A stretch of DNA of 64,000 nucleotides from Candidatus Latescibacterota bacterium (GCA_965219455.1 OZ244744.1:4896001-4960000), one strand, 5' to 3'; positions 29,080-39,620 are shown, counted from the stretch's first letter. The notes: generated by a model from the sequence alone, not told the origin. Numbers and translations are program-made.

Positions 29080-31188
29080 ATGAAAGACCAGGTGTGGATG
29101 TACAGGCACGACGAGATTCAGACCGGAAGGCCGTTTGGGATCGACGTGGACAGCGCGGATTGGCTTTGGGAGGGATGCGGACACAACCGATTGACGGGTC
29201 ATAATTTACGTACGGCGGAGACGGTTCAGATTCCCGTACCTGAGATGGCGGGTCGATCGGTCGTCCAGGTCATTGCCTGGCAGGAAAAGCTGGTGCTCAC
29301 CCTGGGGGACGCGCCGTACTACCTGGTTTATGACCCCGTGCGGCGAGCTTGCGAAAGGCGGGAAATCCCCGGCGACCGGCCTATCGTGTGGTACGGGGTT
29401 AAGACCCCGTGTGGGAAGGTGTTGCTCTTCGAGCGCTCGGAATCCAGGGTTCTGGTTCTGGAGGGTCCGCTGGCGGAGCCGCGTGTTGTGGTCTGTCCGT
29501 TTGACGGGCAGCTGGCAAGCGGATGGTGCGTTGACGGGATGGTCTATTCGCCAATGTGTGAACCTTCCCGGATCATCAGGTTCGATCCCCGCACGGAACA
29601 ATTCGTCGACGAGCGCCCTGGCCCCTACCCGGATGCCGCGTTGGCTGGGTACCTCGAACATCGCGGCGTGCTCTATGTCTGGGATACGGCAAAGGGCCGG
29701 ATCTTTCCGATGGAACCGGGTCGGGGCCGGTGGGAGGAAGGGATTCCGACTTCGGATCACGGACAGATTTACGGTTTCATGGGCGGAGGGTTCGGGTTCA
29801 AGGGCCGTGCGTATATTTGCTTGAGCACCTATATGCATCCGAGCCGGCTGGATCCGAAAACGGGTCGGATCGTGATCCCGGACGGCCCGTTGACGGTTGA
29901 CGGCATGCCGCCGAGATTTCTGGACCGATTTCTGATATTCGATCCGGATGCCATGGCGTTCGACTACCTGGCGGCCCCGGAACAACCGGACGGGGTCTCG
30001 CTTCTTTGTTATCACTGGACGGACGGCGAGCGGTTCGTCATTACGGGCACGACGATACCGTACACGCAACCGGGGAAACTCGGAGAGATTTTCGGGTCAT
30101 GGATCGTCATGCAGAGCGAACCGGCCGCGCAGGAGCCGGGTTTCGGCTTGCCGGACGCGGCGTTCGACAGGCGGGCGCATCTGGGACGGTACCGTCGCAC
30201 GTACGGTGCAGAACGGTCGCTCTATCTGCCGCACACGCCGTGGACGCCGCCTGTTGTGAATATGGAGGGTCCGGCAACGGATTACCCGCCGGGGATGGAG
30301 GCCGAGTTGATCCGCCGTGCGTCCAGGACCGATAAGGCGGAGTACCTCGGGCATCTTGCCGAGACCATTACCGGCGGAGCGTCTTCGGACGCGGATGCGG
30401 TCAGGCGGGTTGCGGGCTACGTGAATCGGGCGCTGTATTACAATCCGATCCAGATTCCTGAAACACGGGATCCGGTGGCCATTCTGGAAGGACACGATGC
30501 ACGGTGCGGGCAGGGCGTTACGGTCACGGTGGCTATTCTGGAGGCGCTCGGCATTGGGGTACGGTCCGTGGGTCTTTCCCACCACGTGGTCGCGGAGGCG
30601 ACGTATGACGGGAGCGATCATATCGTGGACGCGCTGTTTTTCGGCGCCAATCAGCCGCAGAAAGCCGGAAGGGTGTTGTCCGTGGCCGAACTGAAGTCGG
30701 ATATTTATTTCGCCGATGGCTTTGCGCAAGAATGTTTCGCGTACGATCCCGAGTTGCTCGAGAGCGAAGACCGGTTCTGGATTCTGGGTTACGTCTTCGG
30801 CATCTGGGGGTCTGAGCCGTATTACTCGTACTATCTGGGTGCCGAGAAAGCCCATCCGCCTACGTTCCCCCTGCCATTGCCGGCGCAGCGAACGGGCCGT
30901 CAGGAGGTCCGGTTAAATTGGGCGCGGTCGATTAAGATGGGTGGCGGCAGGATAGAGTACGACGTACGCGTTTTCTCTGATCGAGCGTGCCGGGAGGAAG
31001 TGATGACGGAAACAACGGGGAACACGTCGATTGTCTGGGAGGTGCCGGAGGCCAATCGGATGTATTTTGTGGAGGTACGCGCCGTGGACGATCATCGGGC
31101 CGGGAATCCGGATACCTGGTATCCCGCAGCACGGACGAATTTCGTGCTGGTTCCCGAAGATCAGTATGGCTGGTACGGCATGATGTGA
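29080..31188 (+). CDS. Hypothetical protein: beta-propeller-like N-terminus, transglutaminase-like core, Fn3-like C-terminus
   Basis: ARCGQ...ILEALGIGVR...HVVAE...IVD Cys-His-Asp pattern; LNW...YDV...YFVEVRAVD. Confidence 0.6.
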   Translation: MKDQVWMYRHDEIQTGRPFGIDVDSADWLWEGCGHNRLTGHNLRTAETVQIPVPEMAGRSVVQVIAWQEKLVLTLGDAPYYLVYDPVRRACERREIPGDRPIVWYGVKTPCGKVLLFERSESRVLVLEGPLAEPRVVVCPFDGQLASGWCVDGMVYSPMCEPSRIIRFDPRTEQFVDERPGPYPDAALAGYLEHRGVLYVWDTAKGRIFPMEPGRGRWEEGIPTSDHGQIYGFMGGGFGFKGRAYICLSTYMHPSRLDPKTGRIVIPDGPLTVDGMPPRFLDRFLIFDPDAMAFDYLAAPEQPDGVSLLCYHWTDGERFVITGTTIPYTQPGKLGEIFGSWIVMQSEPAAQEPGFGLPDAAFDRRAHLGRYRRTYGAERSLYLPHTPWTPPVVNMEGPATDYPPGMEAELIRRASRTDKAEYLGHLAETITGGASSDADAVRRVAGYVNRALYYNPIQIPETRDPVAILEGHDARCGQGVTVTVAILEALGIGVRSVGLSHHVVAEATYDGSDHIVDALFFGANQPQKAGRVLSVAELKSDIYFADGFAQECFAYDPELLESEDRFWILGYVFGIWGSEPYYSYYLGAEKAHPPTFPLPLPAQRTGRQEVRLNWARSIKMGGGRIEYDVRVFSDRACREEVMTETTGNTSIVWEVPEANRMYFVEVRAVDDHRAGNPDTWYPAARTNFVLVPEDQYGWYGMM

Positions 31189-31204
31189 ATGCGAATGCCG
31201 GCGC

Positions 31205-32836
31205 CTATTCGTCGGTGGGACTGCTCCGGGAGACTGGCACGTGAATGAGCGTGGGCAGCCCTGCGCACAGGCCGTCCCGCAGGGCGGGAAGGATCTGCCC
31301 GGCATGTTCAATGCGAATTCCCCGGGCGCCAAAGGCTTCCGCCATCCCCGCGTAGTCGATGGGACCCAATTCGGAGGTTATCCCGCGGCCGTAACGCGCC
31401 TCGTGCCCCGTCAGTGTGATGCCCCAGGCTTCGTCGTCGGCGAGAAGGACGACAAAGGGCAGATTCTGGCGGGCGGCGGTCTCGAGTTCGGCAACGGTGA
31501 ATGTGAGCGCGCCATCGCCCGATATGAGGATAACGGGTCGGTCCGGGTAGAGCAGGCGGGCGCCCATCGCTCCCGGAATACCGTAGCCCACAACGCCGCT
31601 GGCGCCGCAAGTGAGCCAGTGCCCGGGATATCGGTCGCAGAGGACCTGGTGCGCCCACTGCCCGATGTTGCCGCCGTCGATGACGATAACGGTATCGTCG
31701 GTCAGGACGGACTGTACGGCGTGCATGATGTCGAGCGCGTGCATGCCGTTCCCTTTGCGGACGTCCAGAAACTGCCGGCGAAACGCGTTTCGGCGTCTGG
31801 CGGCTTCCTTGAGCCAGGCCGTCTTGGGCGCGATTTTCTTTGTATGCGCGGCTTCGGTCAACCGGGAGAGCGCGGAACCCGGATCGGCCGCCACGCGCAG
31901 GTGGGCGCCGGTTCCCTGATTGAGGTGGAAGGCATCCGGGTGGATGCGCACAATGGTTGCCTCGGGGTGCACCGCGGGCGGCTGAAGGTAGCCGACCCGG
32001 TAATCGCAGGTCGCGGCCGCCAGCAGAACCAGGTCCGCATCCGGCAGGAGCCGGGGGCCGCCGCTCGCGGCGCCGACAACGCCCATAAACGTCTCAATGG
32101 GCTTCGAGATGGCGCCCCGGTCCCAGATCGGCACCATCACCGGGACGGCCAGGGCGCGGGTGAACTCAACCAGCGCCGCGTTGCCGTCCGCATAATGCGT
32201 GCCGCTGCCGGCCACCAGGATGGGGCGGTCGGACCCTGCAAGCAAGTCGGCGATCCGGTCGATTTCTCCTGGATGCCCCGATGCCATGGTGGGGGTGGGA
32301 TGGCTGGCGTCGTGAACGCGCAGGATGGCGTCGGCGTGAACTTCGGCGCTCAGGACGTTCTGCGGAACGGTCAGGTGTACGGGTCCGGGCCTGCCGGAAA
32401 TGGCGGCATCGAAGGCCTCGTGCAGAATCTGCGGGATACGCTCCGGATGGTGGATGGTTTCCGCGTATTTGCACAAGGGCGCCGCGATGGCAACCTGGTT
32501 CAGATCCTGAAAGTGCCCGAGACCGGCGGTGCCGGCGGGTCCGCTTCCGGTGATCAGCAGCATCGGGGCGCCGTCGAAATGGGCGTTGCAGACACCGGTG
32601 AGCGCGTTGACGTGCGCCACGCCGCTGCTGACGGCGCAGACGCCCACGGTGCGACTGAGGCGTCCGACGGCTTCGGCGATATATCCTGCGGCCTGTTCGT
32701 TGCGCACGTCGACAAGCCGCATTCCCGCCCGGTCGCAGGCGTCGTCCAGGTCGTCCAGCCCGTGGCCGCAGAGGGTTGCGATAAAGGCGACGCCTTTTTT
32801 TTGAAGTTCCGCCACCAGCAGATCCGCACCGTTCAT
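31205..32836 (-). CDS. Thiamine pyrophosphate-binding enzyme (acetolactate synthase-like)
   Basis: VRNEQAAGYIAE, SGRPGPVHL, SGDGA TPP motif. Confidence 0.9.
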   Translation of the reverse strand: MNGADLLVAELQKKGVAFIATLCGHGLDDLDDACDRAGMRLVDVRNEQAAGYIAEAVGRLSRTVGVCAVSSGVAHVNALTGVCNAHFDGAPMLLITGSGPAGTAGLGHFQDLNQVAIAAPLCKYAETIHHPERIPQILHEAFDAAISGRPGPVHLTVPQNVLSAEVHADAILRVHDASHPTPTMASGHPGEIDRIADLLAGSDRPILVAGSGTHYADGNAALVEFTRALAVPVMVPIWDRGAISKPIETFMGVVGAASGGPRLLPDADLVLLAAATCDYRVGYLQPPAVHPEATIVRIHPDAFHLNQGTGAHLRVAADPGSALSRLTEAAHTKKIAPKTAWLKEAARRRNAFRRQFLDVRKGNGMHALDIMHAVQSVLTDDTVIVIDGGNIGQWAHQVLCDRYPGHWLTCGASGVVGYGIPGAMGARLLYPDRPVILISGDGALTFTVAELETAARQNLPFVVLLADDEAWGITLTGHEARYGRGITSELGPIDYAGMAEAFGARGIRIEHAGQILPALRDGLCAGLPTLIHVPVSRSSPTDE

Positions 32837-32954
32837 GTACGTTCCTCCCGTCAAACTTTGTAGGGGTGTCCGGTAAAGAGCGAACCGGGCCTTATTGCCG
32901 AAGGAAGAGGCGCCGGCAGCCGTTCGGCGGCCCTCTGTTGCGCCCGTTAACCCG

Positions 32955-33692
32955 TCAAGCCCGATACAGGTTCATCGCATCGATGGCGTCTGCGATGCGG
33001 GACGGTACCAGGTGAGCGATTGCCGCGCCTTTATTCTTAAGCGCCCGGACTTCCGTGGAGGATATCTGCGATTGGACGCCGCCCAGCCGGATGAAGTGGA
33101 TTCTGGCGGAAAATGCCGCATATGCAGGGCTGCTCATCAGCGTTCGCATGGCTTCCGGGTCGATATTGTCGCGGTTCGCGGCGACGATGTGGGCGACGTC
33201 GAAGAGTACGGACAGTTCATCCGGAAGGCTGGTATAGTACCGGGGGTCGAACAGCCGCAACAGGGTGTCGTATCCGACCACGAAGAACAGTCCGGTCGAT
33301 TCCGGGTAGAGCGGGCGAAGGGCGCGGGCTTTGTCGACGAATCTGGCGTGGCTGCAACCGGCAACGGAGATGTTTCGATAGGGTCTTGCGTAATGGTCCA
33401 GCATGGCAAGGCGCTGCGCCAGAGATGCCCCATAGATGGTCTTGTCGACATTCGCGTGAGATAGCAATAACAGGGCTTCGCCGGCCCGACACGTTTCCAA
33501 CGCTCGTTTCAGCATGGTTTCGTGAGCAACGGTCATCGGATTAAAGGAGGCATCCATCACGACCAGGTTGCCGCCGGGCTTGTTGAGTCCTTTCACCGCC
33601 CTTTGGAAAAAGCCCGCCCGCGGTGGACCGCAGGGTTCCAGCGCGTCCATGAAGCTGTGCAGTTCCTGGAGTTTTCGCGGGGTGATCTGCAT
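32955..33692 (-). CDS. Nicotinate/nicotinamide-nucleotide adenylyltransferase-like protein
   Basis: ASFNPMTVAH, NVDK, FVDKA, VGYDTLLRLFDPRYY, ISSTEVR. Confidence 0.82.
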   Translation of the reverse strand: MQITPRKLQELHSFMDALEPCGPPRAGFFQRAVKGLNKPGGNLVVMDASFNPMTVAHETMLKRALETCRAGEALLLLSHANVDKTIYGASLAQRLAMLDHYARPYRNISVAGCSHARFVDKARALRPLYPESTGLFFVVGYDTLLRLFDPRYYTSLPDELSVLFDVAHIVAANRDNIDPEAMRTLMSSPAYAAFSARIHFIRLGGVQSQISSTEVRALKNKGAAIAHLVPSRIADAIDAMNLYRA

Positions 33693-33787
33693 TTGGCAAC
33701 GCGGGAAGAGGGGTTCACGCCTGTTGATTGGATATGGTAGGTTGGGGTCCGGGGTAAGTCAATCGAAATATCGCGGGGATTTTCCGC

Positions 33788-33815
33788 TTGACATCTGTTG
33801 TCTCCGCCTTACCAT
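33788..33815 (+). promoter_or_regulatory. Putative sigma70 promoter
   Basis: TTGACA, 16 bp, TACCAT upstream of the DHDPS-like gene. Confidence 0.45.
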
Positions 33816-33868
33816 TGGATGGGGGGTTGGGTTGGGTTGAACGTTAATCGCGAACGAAAGGGAGATGA

Positions 33869-34774
33869 ATGGCGGTGCCGCCGTTTCGGGGGGTATTTGT
33901 CATCCTTGCAACGCCGTTTTCGGACGATGGTTCGCTGGACGAAGACGGGTTGAAGGCCGAGGTGGAGTTTTCAATCGCGGCGGGAGCGCACGGTTTGGTC
34001 TCCCCGGTGAATGCGAGTGAATTCAGCGCGTTGTCCGACCCGGAACGGCTGCGGGTGATCGAGGTCGTGGGCCAGACGGTGCGGGATCGGCTGCCGTTCG
34101 TCGCCGGTGTGTCCGGAGTGAGCGCCCATGTGGCTGTGTGGATCGCGGGACGTGCCGAGGAAGCGGGGGCCAACGCCGTGATTGCAATGCCGCCGTATAT
34201 ATCCAAACCCCCGGCGGATGGCGTGAGGGCGTATTACGAGGCGCTTTCCAGGGCGACGGAACTGCCGATTTTCATCCAGAACTATCCGCTGCCAATCGGG
34301 GTGCCGATGTCACCCGCGTTGTTGAGTCGGCTTGCTCGCCAGATTGAACGCGTGCTTTACATCAAGGAGGAAGTCCCCCCGGTCACACATTCCATTTCGG
34401 CGGATATTGCTGCTTGCGGGGATTCGGTGGAGGGCGTGTTCGGGGGTGCGGCCGGTCGGTTCATGATGGACGAGATGCGGCGGGGCGCCGCCGGGACGAT
34501 GCCGGCCTGCGACGCAACCGACGTCCATGCCGCGGTTTGGAATGCCTATCAGGCGGGTGATGTGTCCGGCGCCCGTGAGGTATTCAACCGTCTGTTGCCA
34601 CTGTTGAATTTCGAGATGCTGCACAGTGTGCGCGCATACAAGGAAGTGCTGCGTCGCCGTGGGGTGATCCGCTCGGCTTACGTGCGGGCGCCGATGACCG
34701 GACCGCTGGATGCGCAGGACCACGTCGAACTGGATGCGATACTTTCCGATATCCGGGACCTGTGGACGGTTTAG
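33869..34774 (+). CDS. Dihydrodipicolinate synthase/aldolase family protein
   Basis: TPFSDDGSLDE, NASEF, AMPPY, IFIQN, YIKEE Schiff-base Lys. Confidence 0.9.
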   Translation: MAVPPFRGVFVILATPFSDDGSLDEDGLKAEVEFSIAAGAHGLVSPVNASEFSALSDPERLRVIEVVGQTVRDRLPFVAGVSGVSAHVAVWIAGRAEEAGANAVIAMPPYISKPPADGVRAYYEALSRATELPIFIQNYPLPIGVPMSPALLSRLARQIERVLYIKEEVPPVTHSISADIAACGDSVEGVFGGAAGRFMMDEMRRGAAGTMPACDATDVHAAVWNAYQAGDVSGAREVFNRLLPLLNFEMLHSVRAYKEVLRRRGVIRSAYVRAPMTGPLDAQDHVELDAILSDIRDLWTV

Positions 34775-34982
34775 TACAGCGTCCCGCATCGGACGGAACC
34801 TGGGAGTCAGGTCGGTCGTTCCTGTACATCGGACACGTCCGATGGATTTTCTACGTGCGCCAGCTTCGCAATGGCTCGGCTGAGGCGCCAGGGTAGGGCC
34901 GCGAAAGCGCTCCCATGGGTTTAGAGGCGCGCTTGGCGCGCCGCAGCCGGTCGGCTAACTCACGTTTTTCACGGAGGGTGTT

Positions 34983-35846
34983 ATGCACGTTGGGATGCGG
35001 ATTCCACCGATGGGAAGGGAATTGGGTCTCGAGGGTGTGGTGGCCTGGGCCGGCGAATGCGGTTTCGGATCTGTGGATGTACCGGAAGTCGACGCGAGGA
35101 TTCGGAGGATTTTCGATAAAGCGGAATTGGCGATCGGTTCCGTCGATTGGGGTGTGGGAGGCGCTCTGTTGAGCAAAGACGCTCAGGTACGACGCGGGGC
35201 GGTTTCGGCGGTGAAGCGGCGCATTCGCGCAACGGGCACCCACGGTTCCGGCGTGGTGTTTCTGTGCCTGGCGCCGGACGACCGCATGCAATCCCGATCC
35301 GAGAGTTTCGAGATTTTTAAAGAGGTCTATCCCGGCGTGGTGGATTACGCGGAACAGCAGGATGTGTTTCTTGCCATCGAACCCTACCCCGGTGGAGCCC
35401 CCACCTATGGCAATCTGGGATGTACACCCGAGACGCTTCGGGCCATATTTGAGGTTGTGCCCTCGCCTCATCTGGGGATCTGCTATGATCCGTCACATTT
35501 CATCCGGATCGGTGTGGATTATCAGCGCCTGTTGATGGAATTCGGCAACCGCGTTCGGCACGTGCATGCCAAGGATACGGAACTGCTGGCCGACGGCCTG
35601 TACCTTTACGGAAGCCTCGGCCAGAGTTTCGGCAGGAGATATGGACACGGGGAAGGCTGGTGGCGGTACTGTATTCCAGGATGGGGCGACGCCGACTGGG
35701 TGTGGATTGTGGCGCGGCTCGAAGAATTCGGCTACGATGGCCCCCTGGCAATTGAACTTGAAGACGATCGTTATATGGGCAACACCGCGTTGAATCAGGA
35801 TGGGCTGCTGGCGGCGAAGGCGTATCTGGAGGGTATTATCCGGTAG
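34983..35846 (+). CDS. Sugar phosphate isomerase/epimerase (TIM barrel)
   Basis: LAIEP, YDPSH, HVHAKD, PGWGDADW, GYDGPLAIELED. Confidence 0.88.
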   Translation: MHVGMRIPPMGRELGLEGVVAWAGECGFGSVDVPEVDARIRRIFDKAELAIGSVDWGVGGALLSKDAQVRRGAVSAVKRRIRATGTHGSGVVFLCLAPDDRMQSRSESFEIFKEVYPGVVDYAEQQDVFLAIEPYPGGAPTYGNLGCTPETLRAIFEVVPSPHLGICYDPSHFIRIGVDYQRLLMEFGNRVRHVHAKDTELLADGLYLYGSLGQSFGRRYGHGEGWWRYCIPGWGDADWVWIVARLEEFGYDGPLAIELEDDRYMGNTALNQDGLLAAKAYLEGIIR

Positions 35847-35891
35847 GGGCTCCAGATTCGCGGCACACGATCCGGTTCCGGAGGATCGCGA

Positions 35892-36293
35892 ATGAGAACG
35901 TTTGTGGGAATTTCGTTTGTACTGGCGCTGCTTTCGGTGGCGTGCGGAGAAGACAATCCGCTGAACTACGATACGCTGGCAGGCACCTATACGCTGAGAG
36001 AGATTCGAGTGACCAATGCATCGGGCCTCGTTACACTAGGTCCACCCGATGCAACCGGAACGCTTGTTCTGACCACCACGGGCGCCTTCACGCTGAGCGT
36101 CAGTGTACCTACGCTCGGGCTCAACGATACGTACTCGGCTGGAGTGTACGCTGTGGAAGGAACAAGCCTCGTGTTCGAAGACCAGGAATCATTGGGCGTT
36201 ACCGGCGCCGATGCATCGGTGAGCGGGAACGAGCTGACATTGACGTCTGCAATCGGCAACCAGGCCGTCACGATGATCTTCGGGAAGGTCTGA
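35892..36293 (+). CDS. Small lipocalin-like lipoprotein
   Basis: Lipobox SVAC, LAGTYTL, beta-rich. Confidence 0.65.
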   Translation: MRTFVGISFVLALLSVACGEDNPLNYDTLAGTYTLREIRVTNASGLVTLGPPDATGTLVLTTTGAFTLSVSVPTLGLNDTYSAGVYAVEGTSLVFEDQESLGVTGADASVSGNELTLTSAIGNQAVTMIFGKV

Positions 36294-36486
36294 CCGGTTT
36301 CGCCAACGGATTGAACCAGGGTCAGAGAAAGCAGGCGTTCCCGGCCCTCAACCCGAAGGCGGGCTGAGGGCCGTCGCTAAAGGGCACCTCCAACGTGAGA
36401 ATTTTGTAAGACGCGACGGCTGATTATGCTGCCGGAGAATAAGCGGTTGCGACGGGATTCGATTCGCTGTCGAGGGAGGGAAATTG

Positions 36487-37656
36487 ATGTTAAAAGTGGC
36501 AGATGCCGTGGTGATCGGCGGCGGGATTATGGGAGCCGGCATAGCCCATTTTCTGGCAAAGAAGGGGCTTGGCGCCGTCGTGCTTCTGGAAAAGCGGACG
36601 CTGGCCGCCGTGAGCACGGGGCATTCGGCTGCGGTGATCCGCACCTTTTACTCGAATGACCTGACCATCCAATTGTCCATGAAGGCGTTGGAGATGTTTG
36701 CGAATGGGGAGGAGGCGCTGGGGGGAGACGGTGACTTTCGCAATACAGGTTATATCTGTCTTCTGGGTGAGCAAACTGTCGCCGCGGGCCGGGCGGTGCT
36801 TGCGGCGGAGCAGCGGAACCACACTCGAGCCGTTGAGGTGGGTACGGATGAGATCAGGGAACTCGTCCCCGGTGTGAATACCGAAGGGATCGTCGCGGGC
36901 ATCTATGAACCCGCGTCGGGTTACGCGGACCCCGTCAAGACGGTCCGGAACCTGGTAACGCGGGCGAAAGACTGGGGACTGGTGTGTTACGAGGGCGTGG
37001 GAGCAACGAAGATTCGCCTCTCCGGCAACCGTGTGACCGGGGTGGAGACCGACGCGGGCGAAGTCCATACGGATATGGTGATCAACGCCGCAGGTCCCTG
37101 GGGCCGCGAGATGGGATTGTCCACGGGGTTGAATTATTCGGTGCGATGGAGCCGGGAGAGCGATCTGGTATTGCGATTGCCGGAGGGATTCGGGCGGTTT
37201 CCCGTGGTTTCCGATCCCAACCTGCGGGTCTATTTTCGTCCGGACGGCGACGACGGACTGCTGGCGGGCCTGAGTTTTCCCAAAGAGGTGGAGCCGATGG
37301 ACGTCGACGCGTACGATCCCGTCCTCGATGAACCTACTCGCCGGCGCATCGAGACGGGGACCTTTGAACGGGTGCCGGCGTTCAGGCAGGGCGAATTCGT
37401 AAAGGGCTGGGCGTCGGTCTATACGATTACGGACGACTGGCATCCCCTGGTCGGATCCGAGCCGGGGCTGGAGGGTTACCATGCGTTTTTCGGCGGGAGT
37501 GGGCACGGGTTCAAGCTGGGACCGCCCATTGCCGATTCGCTGAGCGACGTGATCCTCGGCCGGACGCCGGCGTTTGATCTGCATCCGTTCCGCCCCAGCC
37601 GGTTTCTGGAGGGGGAACAGTTCTCGTCCGCATGGGGGGGAGGGAATAGGGGGTGA
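36487..37656 (+). CDS. FAD-dependent oxidoreductase (DAO/sarcosine oxidase family)
   Basis: VIGGGIMG, STGHSAA, VINAAGPW, GGSGHGFKLGP. Confidence 0.92.
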   Translation: MLKVADAVVIGGGIMGAGIAHFLAKKGLGAVVLLEKRTLAAVSTGHSAAVIRTFYSNDLTIQLSMKALEMFANGEEALGGDGDFRNTGYICLLGEQTVAAGRAVLAAEQRNHTRAVEVGTDEIRELVPGVNTEGIVAGIYEPASGYADPVKTVRNLVTRAKDWGLVCYEGVGATKIRLSGNRVTGVETDAGEVHTDMVINAAGPWGREMGLSTGLNYSVRWSRESDLVLRLPEGFGRFPVVSDPNLRVYFRPDGDDGLLAGLSFPKEVEPMDVDAYDPVLDEPTRRRIETGTFERVPAFRQGEFVKGWASVYTITDDWHPLVGSEPGLEGYHAFFGGSGHGFKLGPPIADSLSDVILGRTPAFDLHPFRPSRFLEGEQFSSAWGGGNRG

Positions 37657-37756
37657 GGTCATATTCGAGGTGACCGAAGCGATCGAAGGCGGCGCCCCAG
37701 GGGTGATTCGCCTTCATCTCGTTAGAGAAGAGGCCAACCAGGTGTTTTGATCACCC

Positions 37757-37784
37757 GTAGGGGCGACCGGCCGGTCGCCCCTAC
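37757..37784. repeat. GTAG-type REP palindrome, copy 1
   Basis: Perfect 28-bp palindrome GTAGGGGCGACCGGCCGGTCGCCCCTAC, 11 bp before the hsdM ATG. Confidence 0.9.
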
Positions 37785-37795
37785 AAGGAATCCCG

Positions 37796-38208
37796 ATGAC
37801 AAGCAACGCCAACCTTAACTGGATCGCAAACTACATATGGGGAATCGCAGACGACGTGCTGCGCGATCTGTACGGGCAAGGTGCAGTTGATCGACGCCAC
37901 AGCCTGGCACCGGCCGCTACGCAAGAACCTGGGCAAGAAGAACTGCGAGCTCGGCGAAGAGGACATTCAGCGCATCTGCGACACCTTCCTCGCCTTTGAG
38001 GTGAGCGAGCAGAGCAAGATCTTCGACAATGACGCCTTTGGCTACTGGAAGGCGACTGTCGATCGGCCGCTGCGGCTCAATGGGATTGACCCCAATCGCG
38101 CCTACAAGGCCGCCGAGATCAAAAAGATGAAGGAGAGTTGCGGACGCAGCGAAACCGCGCCCGCCCGTCATCAGGAAGATCCACAGAAGAGGTACGGAGG
38201 CCGACCCC
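37796..38208 (+). pseudogene. hsdM: hsdM remnant (N-terminus joined to an internal fragment)
   Basis: 37796-37874 matches 45988-46066; about 37875-38208 matches about 47305-47636; catalytic region deleted. Confidence 0.9.
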
Positions 38209-38485
38209 ATGCTGGAAGCATTGGCTGCGCGGATACGCAAATCGACGCAGGACAGGCCAACAGATCGTCGCGACGGCTGAGCCGAAGGGAAACTAAAGCG
38301 CAAGGGCGAGCGATGCCCTGCATATCGCTGCGGCGACCGTGGCCGGGGTCGATGTTTTGGCAAGGCGGTATGCCAGCGCAATGACTACGAACACGTCATC
38401 CGGAATGAATCCGCGCTGGACCGGATTCGGCAATACATCGCGGATAACCCGGCCAGGTGGTCGAAAGACCCGGAGAATCCTGCCG
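38209..38485 (+). pseudogene. Mosaic of antitoxin 3' end, PIN fragment and RAYT 3' end
   Basis: Matches about 48950-49065, then DALHIAAATVAGVDVLA, then matches about 49462-49580. Confidence 0.75.
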
Positions 38486-38519
38486 CTAAGGGCGGCCAGG
38501 ACACACGGAGGATAAGTAG

Positions 38520-38732
38520 ATGAGACCGAGCGAGATCATCTTCGAGGTAACCGAAGCGGCTGAAGGCGGATACGACGCCAGAGCGCTCGGGCACAGCATC
38601 TTCACGCAGGGAGAAGACTGGAACGACCTCAAGGCGATGGTGCGAGACGCGGTGCTCTGTCATTTCGACGACGAGAACATGCCACGAGTGATTAGACTGC
38701 ATCTCGTCAGAGTCGAGGCCATCGCGGTATGA
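38520..38732 (+). CDS. HicB-like antitoxin
   Basis: EIIFEVTEAAEGGYDARALGHSIFTQGE...VRDAVLCHF; stop overlaps the hicA ATG. Confidence 0.8.
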   Translation: MRPSEIIFEVTEAAEGGYDARALGHSIFTQGEDWNDLKAMVRDAVLCHFDDENMPRVIRLHLVRVEAIAV

Positions 38733-38934
38733 AACTGCCCCGCGACCTCGCAGGAAACGAGGTTTCCAGGCTGCTGACCCGTCACTATGGCTACCGCGTG
38801 ACGCGAACCAAAGGCAAGCACGTGACTATGAACTTGACAATCGACGGCAACCGGCACAGCGTGACCGTACCGAGGCCGTAGCGGAGTTTCTTGGTCTGTC
38901 CAAACGCGAAGTACGAGAAACTCTTTTTGGTTGA
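38729..38934 (+). pseudogene. HicA-like toxin with internal deletion
   Basis: MKLPRDLAG...GYRVTRTKGKH...HSVTVP then stop at 38881; C-terminal VAEFLGLSKREVRETLFG lies in another frame. Confidence 0.75.
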
Positions 38935-38938
38935 CTCC

Positions 38939-39181
38939 ATGATCCCCGGCCTGAAGCCTTATCCCGCAAAGAACGACTCTGGCGCATCAGGGCCTGCAAC
39001 GAGGTCAATTGTCATAATGGACGCCCGCGCCCGCATTACCGCCGAAACCGCCGACATGACCATTGAGGAACAGGCAGAGTGGTTCAATTCCAGGCGGTAT
39101 TCCGACCCCGCGCTGGAAGCATTGGCTGCGCGGATACGCAAATCGACGCAGGACAGGCCAACAGATCGTCGCGACGGCTGA
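38939..39181 (+). pseudogene. hsdS 5' stub fused to an antitoxin-like fragment
   Basis: MIPGLKPYPAKNDSG resembles an HsdS N-terminus; 39023-39181 is homologous to 48866-49024. Confidence 0.65.
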
Positions 39182-39290
39182 GCCGAAGGGAAACTAAAGC
39201 GCAAGGGCGAGCGATGCCCTGACCCAGGTTCTTCTTTGCTGTCGGCGAAGAACAAGAGGGCCCCGTGACGGGCGCCGAACTCCGGAGGAG

Positions 39291-39620
39291 ATGGAAATGA
39301 CAACGGAAACCCTGAATCAACATATTGAGATCACTCCGGGCATTTCAGGCGGCAAACCGCGCATTGCCGGTCGTCGAATTACCGTGGAGAATATCGTCAT
39401 CTGGCACGAACGCCTGGGCAAGAGCGCCGACGAAATCGCCAGTGATTACGACATTTCCCTGGCGGATGTGTACGCGGCACTGGCTTACTATTTCGATCAT
39501 CAGAATGAGATTGACCACTCGCTTGAGGAGAGTCGAGCATTTGTAGATTCCTTACGTCAGAAGTTTTCTTCGAAGATTTCCCAAAAGATTCAAGACCCGA
39601 CCCAACATGGCAACGATTAA
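39291..39620 (+). CDS. DUF433-family antitoxin
   Basis: IEITPGISGGKPRIAGRRITV...DVYAALAYYFDH. Confidence 0.9.
   Translation: MEMTTETLNQHIEITPGISGGKPRIAGRRITVENIVIWHERLGKSADEIASDYDISLADVYAALAYYFDHQNEIDHSLEESRAFVDSLRQKFSSKISQKIQDPTQHGND

Noticed and set aside
31241-32863. 540-aa plus-strand ORF
   Set aside because: Antisense shadow of the TPP enzyme with no motifs; typical of high-GC DNA
36490-37662. 390-aa minus-strand ORF
   Set aside because: Antisense shadow of the FAD oxidoreductase
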